DNA of 64,000 nt. It comes from an uncultured Clostridium sp. (GTDB lineage Bacteria; Bacillota; Clostridia; Christensenellales; CAG-138). Below are positions 24,062 to 31,296 of this stretch, in pieces (the stretch's first letter is position 1; the number at the start of each line of letters is the position of its first letter). The notes below the pieces were generated by a model that was given only the letters and a program-made list of their open reading frames with translations, made no database searches and was not told the DNA's origin. The DNA lies in contig UQNF01000001.1 in NCBI GenBank assembly GCA_900542285.1, forward strand, positions 72,663-136,662, written 5' to 3'. The position numbers and the translations under genes were made by a program.

Positions 24062-25590
24062 AGCGCAATGAATTGAAAACGGGAGCTGTGCTCTCATATA
24101 TTAACCTGATAATCGGAAACTTAATCCCATTTATCTACACGCCGATCATGCTCAGACTGCTTGGACAGGCGGAATATGGGCTGTACGGTATTGCAAGCTC
24201 CATAATGGGCTATCTTGGCTTACTGAATTTTGGAATCGGAGGTTCTATTGTCCGTTATCTGTCCAAGTATAGAGCAATCGGCGATGAACAAGCCGAGGCC
24301 CGAGTCGCAGGCCTGTTTATTAAGATCTATTCTGTTGTATGCGGCCTGATTTTGGTGGCAGGATCTGTTTTTGCTGCCAATATCCAAATCTATGGCCGTT
24401 CCTTGACAGCAGACGAAATCGAAACCCTGCGCACCTTGGTCGTTCTAATGACCATCAATACAGCAATATTCTTGCCGTTCAGCGTATTCAGTTCCATCGT
24501 TTTGGCGCATGAGCGGTATGTGTTCAGTAAAGTCGTTGGGATGCTATGTACTATTGCAGGTCCTCTGCTTAACATCGTACTGCTCTATTGCGGCTTTGGC
24601 TCCGTAGGATTGGTCGTTACGTCAACAGCATTGAATTTTATATCCTATGGTCTTTATACTTGGTATTGCATAAAAAAGCTGAATATTCGTCCATCTTTTG
24701 GAAGAACCGAACCAGGCCTGCTGAATGAGATACTGCATTTTTCAGCATTCGTTTTTTTGGCGAGCATGGTGGATGTGCTTTACTGGTCAACCGATAAGCT
24801 TATCATTGGTTGGGCTATCGGTTCCGTTGCTACTGCAGTATACAACGTCGGTGCTACATTCAACACATATGTAACCGGATTGTCGTCTGCGCTCAGCGGA
24901 TTACTGGTTCCAAAGCTTACAAATATGGCGGTTAAGGATGCGCCAAAGGAACAGTTTTCAGAGATATTCATTAAGGTCGGGCGACTGCAGTTTATAATTA
25001 TCTCCTTTATCGTTTCTGCGTTTGTTGCTTTTGGTCGACAGTTTATTGCGATTTGGGCAGGGCCAGAATACCATGAAGCCTACTATGTTGCGCTGCTAAC
25101 CATGATACCCGTAACCGTGCCGCTGATTCAGAATACAGGGCTGAATATTCTTTATGCCCTTAACCGACATAAATTTCGGTCAATTGTCTATACATGTATT
25201 GCTATTGCTAATGTCGGGCTGACATTCTGGTGGGTCAAGGATTTCGGAATTATCGGCGCAGCTATGGCTACCTGTATTGCTTATGTTATCGGTAACATAT
25301 TAATTATGAACTGGTACTATTATAAGAAGATTGGACTAAGCATACCGTTATTTTGGAAGAATATACTTAAAATGTCACCTGTTATGATCATTATGGGGGC
25401 TGCTTGGTGGATTATTTTGAACTACATTCAGATTAATAACTGGTTGGTTTTCTTCGCATTAGCTGCTGCATACACAGTGATGTACCTGCCCCTCGCTTAT
25501 AGATTTATGATGAACCAATACGAGCGAGATATTGTTATGGCTCCAATGAAGAAGATTCTTCAAAAACTCCGTCTGACAAAACAAAGGTGA
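24058..25590 (+). CDS. wzx: Oligosaccharide flippase (Wzx / MOP superfamily)
   Basis: 510 aa with more than 12 hydrophobic helices. N-terminal GAVLSYINLIIGNLIPFIYTPIMLRLLGQAEYGLY is typical of polysaccharide-biosynthesis flippases. The GTG start overlaps the upstream stop. Confidence 0.85.
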   Translation: MKRNELKTGAVLSYINLIIGNLIPFIYTPIMLRLLGQAEYGLYGIASSIMGYLGLLNFGIGGSIVRYLSKYRAIGDEQAEARVAGLFIKIYSVVCGLILVAGSVFAANIQIYGRSLTADEIETLRTLVVLMTINTAIFLPFSVFSSIVLAHERYVFSKVVGMLCTIAGPLLNIVLLYCGFGSVGLVVTSTALNFISYGLYTWYCIKKLNIRPSFGRTEPGLLNEILHFSAFVFLASMVDVLYWSTDKLIIGWAIGSVATAVYNVGATFNTYVTGLSSALSGLLVPKLTNMAVKDAPKEQFSEIFIKVGRLQFIIISFIVSAFVAFGRQFIAIWAGPEYHEAYYVALLTMIPVTVPLIQNTGLNILYALNRHKFRSIVYTCIAIANVGLTFWWVKDFGIIGAAMATCIAYVIGNILIMNWYYYKKIGLSIPLFWKNILKMSPVMIIMGAAWWIILNYIQINNWLVFFALAAAYTVMYLPLAYRFMMNQYERDIVMAPMKKILQKLRLTKQR

Positions 25591-25603
25591 TTATCATGGA
25601 ATT

Positions 25604-26779
25604 GTGCGAAATCGAACCTGTACAGGCTGTGCTGCCTGTGCAAATTCATGCCCCCAGAAGCTTATCCATATGGAACCGGATGCCGAGGGCTTTCTGCGTC
25701 CTACGGTGCAGGAAAAAGGTTGTATTGATTGCGGATCATGCGAAAATAGCTGCCCGATTCTGCATCCAATGTGTTATCAAAGCAATGAGCCAACGGAGAT
25801 AAAAGCTTTTTGTGCTCAATATCGGGATGAACCTATCAGGCTGGCAAGCACTTCCGGAGGCGTGTTTACTGCGCTCTGTGAATGGGTGTTTCAGCGTAAA
25901 GGTATAGTGTTCGGCGCTGCTTATGACGATTCATATCAGGTAGTTCATACAAGAGTTGATGACAAGGAAGAGCTTGATAAACTCCGTACGGCGAAATATG
26001 CTCAGAGCAAAATCGGATACTGTTACACCGAAATTAATCAGCTGTTGAGCAATGGCTGCTATGTCCTTTTTTCCGGAACTCCCTGTCAAGTAGCCGGACT
26101 ATCTGCCTTTTTAGGTAAAGAATATGAAAGGCTTATCTTGGTGGATGTGATTTGCCACGGAGTTCCTTCTCCTGCGGTTTGGCAGGAATACAGTAGGTAT
26201 CGCTGCCATACAGATGCACAGGGCGCTGCCCCAGCCTCGATCAATCTCCGGAGCAAGATTTCCGGATGGCCAAGTTACTCTGTAAGCTTTGAATACAAAA
26301 ACGGAGCTATCTACAATGCTCTAAACTCGAAAGATCCATTTATACGGGCTTTTGTTGGAGATTTATGCCTTCGTCCCTCATGCTATTACTGCAAATTCAA
26401 GGGACTGCACAGGAATTGTGATTTCACCCTTGGCGACTATTGGGGCGTATGGGATCAGGAGCCTGCGTTCAACGATGGAAAGGGAACATCATTGGTTTTG
26501 GTTCACAGCAAAAAAGGTGAGCTGATTTGGAATCAGCTTAACGATGCTCTGCGGTATAAACGAGTTGAAGCAGAATCTGCTCTTTCGGGAAACCCATCGG
26601 CATTGCAGTCTTCAGTTATGCCGTCCGTTCGTGAAACGTTTATGAGTCACTACACTCAACAAGATTTCAAAGAACTTGTCGACCATTTATGTCCTATTCC
26701 ATCGCCAAACAGACAGCCTGTATGGAGACGAATACTGAAAAAGATTGCTCGCCTAACTCAGGCAATTAGGAGAAAATAA
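25604..26779 (+). CDS. Coenzyme F420 hydrogenase/dehydrogenase beta-subunit-like (FrhB family) Fe-S protein
   Basis: N-terminal 2x4Fe-4S-type motifs CTGCAACANSCP and CIDCGSCENSCP, followed by an FrhB-like body (SGGVFTAL..., GTPCQVAGL..., CYYCKFKG...GDYWG). GTG start. Confidence 0.7.
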   Translation: MRNRTCTGCAACANSCPQKLIHMEPDAEGFLRPTVQEKGCIDCGSCENSCPILHPMCYQSNEPTEIKAFCAQYRDEPIRLASTSGGVFTALCEWVFQRKGIVFGAAYDDSYQVVHTRVDDKEELDKLRTAKYAQSKIGYCYTEINQLLSNGCYVLFSGTPCQVAGLSAFLGKEYERLILVDVICHGVPSPAVWQEYSRYRCHTDAQGAAPASINLRSKISGWPSYSVSFEYKNGAIYNALNSKDPFIRAFVGDLCLRPSCYYCKFKGLHRNCDFTLGDYWGVWDQEPAFNDGKGTSLVLVHSKKGELIWNQLNDALRYKRVEAESALSGNPSALQSSVMPSVRETFMSHYTQQDFKELVDHLCPIPSPNRQPVWRRILKKIARLTQAIRRK

Positions 26780-27870
26780 TGAAGAAAATTCTGCTCGTCT
26801 TCGGTACCAGACCGGAAGCAATAAAGATGTGTCCGCTGGTAAACGAACTAAAAGCCAGAGAAGGGGTAAAAACCGTTGTCTGCGTTTCGGGTCAGCATCG
26901 ACAGATGTTGGATCAGGTCTTGGAGGCTTTTCATGTGGTTCCGGATTATGATTTATCCATCATGAAGGATAGACAGACGCTGTTTGACATCACCACAAAT
27001 ATTCTTGACCGCATCAAAGCGGTGCTTGAGGAAGTAAAGCCCGATGTTGTGCTGGTGCATGGGGATACATCCACCACATTTGTTACTGCGCTTGCCTGCT
27101 TCTATATGCAGATCCCGGTCGGACATGTTGAGGCCGGTCTGCGAACCTATGACATCTACTCACCCTACCCCGAGGAGTTCAACCGACAGGCGGTAAGCAT
27201 TATCAGCAGGTATAATTTTGCTCCAACGGAGCAGGCCAGGCAAAACCTTCTAAGCGAGGGCAAACGGCCTGAAACGATTGTTGTTACCGGAAATACAGCG
27301 ATCGATGCTTTGAGAACCACTGTAAGGGAGGATTATTCACATCCCGAGTTGGTTTGGGCCTCTGACAGCCGCCTTATCCTAATAACTGCGCACCGCCGTG
27401 AAAACCTTGGGGAGCCTATGAATAACATGTTTCGGGCTATCCGAAGGGTCATGGATGAACATACGGATGTTAAGGCAATTTACCCAATACACATGAACCC
27501 GATCGTGCGCAAAACAGCCGATGAGTTTTTGGGCGGTGATGACCGCATTCATATAATTGAACCGCTCGACGTTCTTGATTTTCACAACTTTCTTGCCCGC
27601 TGCTTTCTGGTTCTGACTGATTCCGGAGGAATCCAAGAGGAAGCACCTTCGCTGGGCAAGCCCGTCTTAGTCATGCGGAATACCACCGAGCGCCCCGAGG
27701 GAATTGCAGCAGGCACATTGAAGCTCGTTGGAACCGATGAAGAAGTCATCTATCGGAGTTTCAAGCAGCTTCTCGAGGATAATGAGGAGTATGCAAGGAT
27801 GAGCAATGCCTGCAATCCCTATGGAGATGGCTTTGCCTGCAAGCGTATAGCAGATATTCTTGTACGTTGA
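26779..27870 (+). CDS. wecB: UDP-N-acetylglucosamine 2-epimerase (non-hydrolysing)
   Basis: ILLVFGTRPEAIKM, VLVHGDTSTT, HVEAGLRTY and LTDSGGIQEEAPSLGKPVLVMRNTTERPEG. Confidence 0.93.
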   Translation: MKKILLVFGTRPEAIKMCPLVNELKAREGVKTVVCVSGQHRQMLDQVLEAFHVVPDYDLSIMKDRQTLFDITTNILDRIKAVLEEVKPDVVLVHGDTSTTFVTALACFYMQIPVGHVEAGLRTYDIYSPYPEEFNRQAVSIISRYNFAPTEQARQNLLSEGKRPETIVVTGNTAIDALRTTVREDYSHPELVWASDSRLILITAHRRENLGEPMNNMFRAIRRVMDEHTDVKAIYPIHMNPIVRKTADEFLGGDDRIHIIEPLDVLDFHNFLARCFLVLTDSGGIQEEAPSLGKPVLVMRNTTERPEGIAAGTLKLVGTDEEVIYRSFKQLLEDNEEYARMSNACNPYGDGFACKRIADILVR

Positions 27871-27913
27871 ATTAGATATGTGGGGTAATGCAGCATTCAC
27901 TCGCATAAATACA

Positions 27914-27955
27914 AGGGCCTGTCGAGTTATTCCCGACAGGCCCTGCTTTTGTTTT
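27914..27955 (+). terminator. Rho-independent terminator ending the polysaccharide locus
   Basis: AGGGCCTGTCG-(9 nt)-CGACAGGCCCT followed by GCTTTTGTTTT. Confidence 0.8.
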
Positions 27956-28036
27956 GAGCAATTTGGTCACAAGTATTGAAGCTATTTGTATGCTGTGTAT
28001 GCACAACCATGTTAAGGAAAGCCGGGCATAAACGGC

Positions 28037-28957
28037 TCAGTTTTTTCTGATTTCGTTGGCAAACCTTAGCGCATCATGAACCGATGGAAATTGGGAGGAT
28101 TCCGCTTCTGCAAGTTCCTGTTCATATTTTTCAAAAAAATTCGGCTCGTTTACGGAAGCCATTGCTATCGCCTCCGCTGTGAGCTTTCCGTTGCTCGTCA
28201 TATTTTTCCCAACAAGCTTCCGAGCTTCCGCAGTATCACCGCTGATAAGCTTTGGAGTATCGAATGCCAATTTCAGTTCCTGCGGCGGTTCCTTCCCTCC
28301 AAGTCCACTGTTGCGTGGGCAGGCATACTGACATATCTCGCAGCCAATATAGGTACACATATGCTTTTTAACATGGTCGGGATGAATCGCTGAGTCCATT
28401 TCGGCCCGCATACATTTTCCACGCAAAATGCCCTTCTCCCCTATTGCCTGTACGGGGCAAGCCTGGCTGCACGCGCCTATGTTTCCACAGATTTCGGAAC
28501 ACGGAACATCGGGCTCGTTATACTCAAGAGGTTCAAGGCTGTCGATCGCCAAAGCAAGAAGTACCATTCGCGTTCCGAAGGGAGGTATTGATACCAGCGA
28601 ATTGCGGCACTGAATGCCTATTCCGGAGCTGAGAAGCTGGGGCTTCACCGGAATATTTGCCTTTTCTGCATGGATACCGTTCTCTTCCAAGAGTTCTATC
28701 AGCCCTTTTATGGAATGATATGCATGGTTTGACGCCGGATAATACGATGGGATCCTTGTTGATGAGTGAAAAGGCTCATACGGATAAACCAACACAGCGA
28801 TGGAAGCTGCAAACGGATATGCCGAGACTGCATCCATCACGAGATTATACTCATTTTCTGGGTCAAAATTAAAGCGCATGGGCTTAGTGTAATATACGCG
28901 TGCAAAGCCCAGCCGTTCCGCCATCTTTGTTACATCCGAATGCTCCATAGTCCTCAC
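28037..28957 (-). CDS. QueG-like (epoxyqueuosine-reductase-related) 4Fe-4S protein
   Basis: 306 aa with two Cys clusters ending in ACP (CSEICGNIGACSQACP; CTYIGCEICQYACP) after a DUF1730-like N-terminal region. It is shorter than canonical QueG, so function is uncertain. Confidence 0.5.
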   Translation of the reverse strand: MRTMEHSDVTKMAERLGFARVYYTKPMRFNFDPENEYNLVMDAVSAYPFAASIAVLVYPYEPFHSSTRIPSYYPASNHAYHSIKGLIELLEENGIHAEKANIPVKPQLLSSGIGIQCRNSLVSIPPFGTRMVLLALAIDSLEPLEYNEPDVPCSEICGNIGACSQACPVQAIGEKGILRGKCMRAEMDSAIHPDHVKKHMCTYIGCEICQYACPRNSGLGGKEPPQELKLAFDTPKLISGDTAEARKLVGKNMTSNGKLTAEAIAMASVNEPNFFEKYEQELAEAESSQFPSVHDALRFANEIRKN

Positions 28958-29030
28958 CTTTCGAAATCGATCAATTTATTCTACCATAAAGCAATTCGCT
29001 GTTCAAGCGCTGCATATTTCCCACTAACAA

Positions 29031-29058
29031 GCATATACCTTAGTATGAATCATACATA
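29031..29058 (+). promoter_or_regulatory. Candidate sigma-E-type sporulation promoter upstream of yabP
   Basis: gcATAta (29031-29037), 13 nt, CATACATA (29051-29058); compare the B. subtilis sigma-E pattern ATA...CATACA-T. The spacer is one nt shorter than the usual optimum. Confidence 0.3.
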
Positions 29059-29071
29059 AGGAGGAAAAGTA

Positions 29072-29374
29072 ATGGCAGACAACAGACCCATGATAGAAAG
29101 CCCAGGGCCTTTGCGGCTCAGGAGTCATGCTGTCCACATCGAAAACCGCGAGTTCGCAAGCATTACCGGAGTCAAGGATGTCCTAAGTTTTAATGAGAAT
29201 GAGATCATTTTGCTGTCGGACGGCGGAGGAATGACTGTGGAAGGGAATGATCTTCACATAACCAAGCTCAACCTCGAGGAGGGACAGATAATAATCAGCG
29301 GTCAAATCTGCGCGCTTGAATATGATGATCTCCCTGCTCCGAAGGGTTCGCTGTTCTCACGGATGTTCCACTGA
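29072..29374 (+). CDS. yabP: Sporulation protein YabP
   Basis: 100 aa. HIENREFASITGVKDVLSFNENEIILLSDGGGMTVEGNDLHITKLNLEEGQIIISG matches the YabP family pattern. RBS AAGGAGG. Confidence 0.85.
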   Translation: MADNRPMIESPGPLRLRSHAVHIENREFASITGVKDVLSFNENEIILLSDGGGMTVEGNDLHITKLNLEEGQIIISGQICALEYDDLPAPKGSLFSRMFH

Positions 29375-29685
29375 TGCATAATGCTCTAAACGAGATCCCG
29401 ATTTTTCTAAGCTGCTTACGAACCGGTCTGTTGACAGGCGTATTGTACGAAATACTCTCGTTGTTTCGATTAAGCGGAAAACGCGTTTTATGCGCCGTTA
29501 TCGATGTAGTGTTTGGACTTGCTGCGACGGCAGCCGCTGCACTGACTCTGTTGTATTGCGACTACGGCAGAATAAGGCTTTATGAGCTTGTGGCTATGAT
29601 TCTTGGCGCATTCATTGTTCACCGCTATCCCGGAAAGCTAATTAGGAGTGCTTTTGCTGCGATAAAAAACAAAATCCACAGATAA
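29374..29685 (+). CDS. yabQ: Spore cortex biosynthesis protein YabQ-like membrane protein
   Basis: 103 aa with 3 hydrophobic helices. The start overlaps the yabP stop (TGATG), reproducing the conserved yabP-yabQ pairing. Confidence 0.65.
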   Translation: MHNALNEIPIFLSCLRTGLLTGVLYEILSLFRLSGKRVLCAVIDVVFGLAATAAAALTLLYCDYGRIRLYELVAMILGAFIVHRYPGKLIRSAFAAIKNKIHR

Positions 29686-29688
29686 AAA

Positions 29689-29717
29689 GATCCCACGGTA
29701 TTATTTACCGTGGGATC
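29689..29717. terminator. Convergent terminator hairpin between yabQ and the lipoprotein gene
   Basis: GATCCCACGG-(9 nt)-CCGTGGGATC, a perfect 10-bp stem. A T-run follows on the minus strand. Confidence 0.65.
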
Positions 29718-29728
29718 AGCCTTTATCT

Positions 29729-30328
29729 CTATTTTTCAGGTTCGGCAGTGCCATCCGCGTTGGGATCGGGAGTCTGCATATATGCCGCTCCCCAAGGATT
29801 GGAATAGCCGTCAATTACCCATTTGTCGTCCTTATAGGTCATATTGATGTCATAGCCGGACTGGTCGTTTTCAGAAATAAAGCCCGTAAGCTTAACGACT
29901 ATGGTATCGCTGTTCACATCGCCTGTAAGCTCAAAGGTAAAGATCTTGCCTTTACCTTCTTTATATGTAAGCTCATCCTCGCCAAAGAAATCGCCGTCTC
30001 CCTTAGCTAGATAGCCCTGAGAAACAAGCTCGTCAAAGCTCAGATTGACCACTGCAGCATTGCCGTTTGCTGCATACTCCGCAAGATACTTCTGAATCGC
30101 ATCGGGTATCTCATCAAAGCTCCAGCCTTTGATATGGAAGGTCAGATATTCGACCTTGGAATGATTATCATTTTTGGGACAGACGGCAGCGACAGCAGTA
30201 AACAAGGCAGCTTCTTCGCGGTTCAAACCCTCGGGAACCTCGTACACGTCGTCCTTCTTGCAAGCCGCACAGGGTATAAGCATGAGAGCGGCAAGAAGAA
30301 TAACCATAAGCTTATTAATGAACTTCAT
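29729..30328 (-). CDS. Hypothetical lipoprotein
   Basis: The ATG at 30326-30328 is preceded by GGAGG. Signal peptide MKFINKLMVILLAALMLIPCAAC has a lipobox-like Cys. No recognisable domain. Confidence 0.6.
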   Translation of the reverse strand: MKFINKLMVILLAALMLIPCAACKKDDVYEVPEGLNREEAALFTAVAAVCPKNDNHSKVEYLTFHIKGWSFDEIPDAIQKYLAEYAANGNAAVVNLSFDELVSQGYLAKGDGDFFGEDELTYKEGKGKIFTFELTGDVNSDTIVVKLTGFISENDQSGYDINMTYKDDKWVIDGYSNPWGAAYMQTPDPNADGTAEPEK

Positions 30329-30474
30329 AATTCCTCCTGGTTGGATAGTTCTATCGCTCCTAATTATAATGCATTTTGGCTTCAATAGCAAATGCTTTTT
30401 CGCTGCGCACTTATTGCCTGTTGGGTTCAGGCAAAACCCTGTAATGCATATATATCGTTTGAGCTATGCTGCTG

Positions 30475-31209
30475 TTAGTTCTTCTCGCGCTTTGTGAATG
30501 GGGAGTCCAGAAATTTTTTAACTGATTCAAGAAACGAATCGATCTCCTCTCGGTTAGGCTTGTAGTAAACTTTACCTCCTTCCAACGACGATTCTACAAA
30601 TCCATTGAAGACCAGTTTGTTCATATGATACGATACGGTCGGAGCAGTTATATTGAATATCTCCGCAAGCTCCAATCCGTAGCATGGGCGAGCACAAATA
30701 CAATGCAAAATCTCGAGCCTCGTTTCATCGGATAGTATCTTAAAACGTGCGGCTATCTTATTGCAATCACATCCGGCATACAGCAAATCGGTAATGTCCT
30801 TCAAAAAAGCTCCGATTATTACATCCGGCGCACCGTCCTCGCTCTCCTTTACGGTTATCGAAACCGGAGAAAGCATGCTGATATAAACCGAATAGGAATC
30901 GGCTTCGGGCAATTGAAATCCGGCGCATTCCATAACATAGCTGCGAAGATCGGTTGCTTCGTTGATACGCTGCTCCAGTTTGTGTATTGTTTCGGAATAA
31001 ATATCAGAATTCTCGTTTATTGCGTTGACTACCGGCCTAAGCAGCTCAAAAAGCTCACGAATGTGTTCCTCGTAATTCGTATACAGACTTATCAGTTTGC
31101 GTTTAAGCGCCACCGAGATATTCATCCTATTGATGAAGTCCAACAGCCCTTTCTCATCTTCATTCAGGAAGATCCTATGCAGCTCATCATTCTCGTTGAA
31201 CTTCGTCAC
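30475..31209 (-). CDS. ArsR/SmtB-family HTH regulator with a ~150-aa N-terminal extension
   Basis: The C-terminal part LSDETRLEILHCICARPCYGLELAEIFNITAPTVSYHMNKLVFNGFVES is a classic ArsR wHTH. Transcribed divergently from the S8 protease gene. Confidence 0.8.
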   Translation of the reverse strand: MTKFNENDELHRIFLNEDEKGLLDFINRMNISVALKRKLISLYTNYEEHIRELFELLRPVVNAINENSDIYSETIHKLEQRINEATDLRSYVMECAGFQLPEADSYSVYISMLSPVSITVKESEDGAPDVIIGAFLKDITDLLYAGCDCNKIAARFKILSDETRLEILHCICARPCYGLELAEIFNITAPTVSYHMNKLVFNGFVESSLEGGKVYYKPNREEIDSFLESVKKFLDSPFTKREKN

Positions 31210-31233
31210 GAGAGGATTTGCGCAGAATATAGG

Positions 31234-31271
31234 TTATCGAAACAGCGAGAAATTCCCGGTATTTCGAATAA
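31234..31271. promoter_or_regulatory. Imperfect inverted repeat in the arsR-like/protease divergent region (candidate operator)
   Basis: TTATCGAAA-N19-TTTCGAATAA (perfect core TCGAAA/TTTCGA), with a nested GAAAT/ATTTC. Confidence 0.25.
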
Positions 31272-31296
31272 CTCAACTAATTAGGAGGTTTCTTGT

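Noticed and set aside
25587-25802. 71-aa ORF starting with an ATG context at the wzx/FrhB-like junction.
   Set aside because: It is out of frame with the Cys-motif protein, whose frame gives canonical CxxCxxCxxxCP motifs, while this translation has no features.
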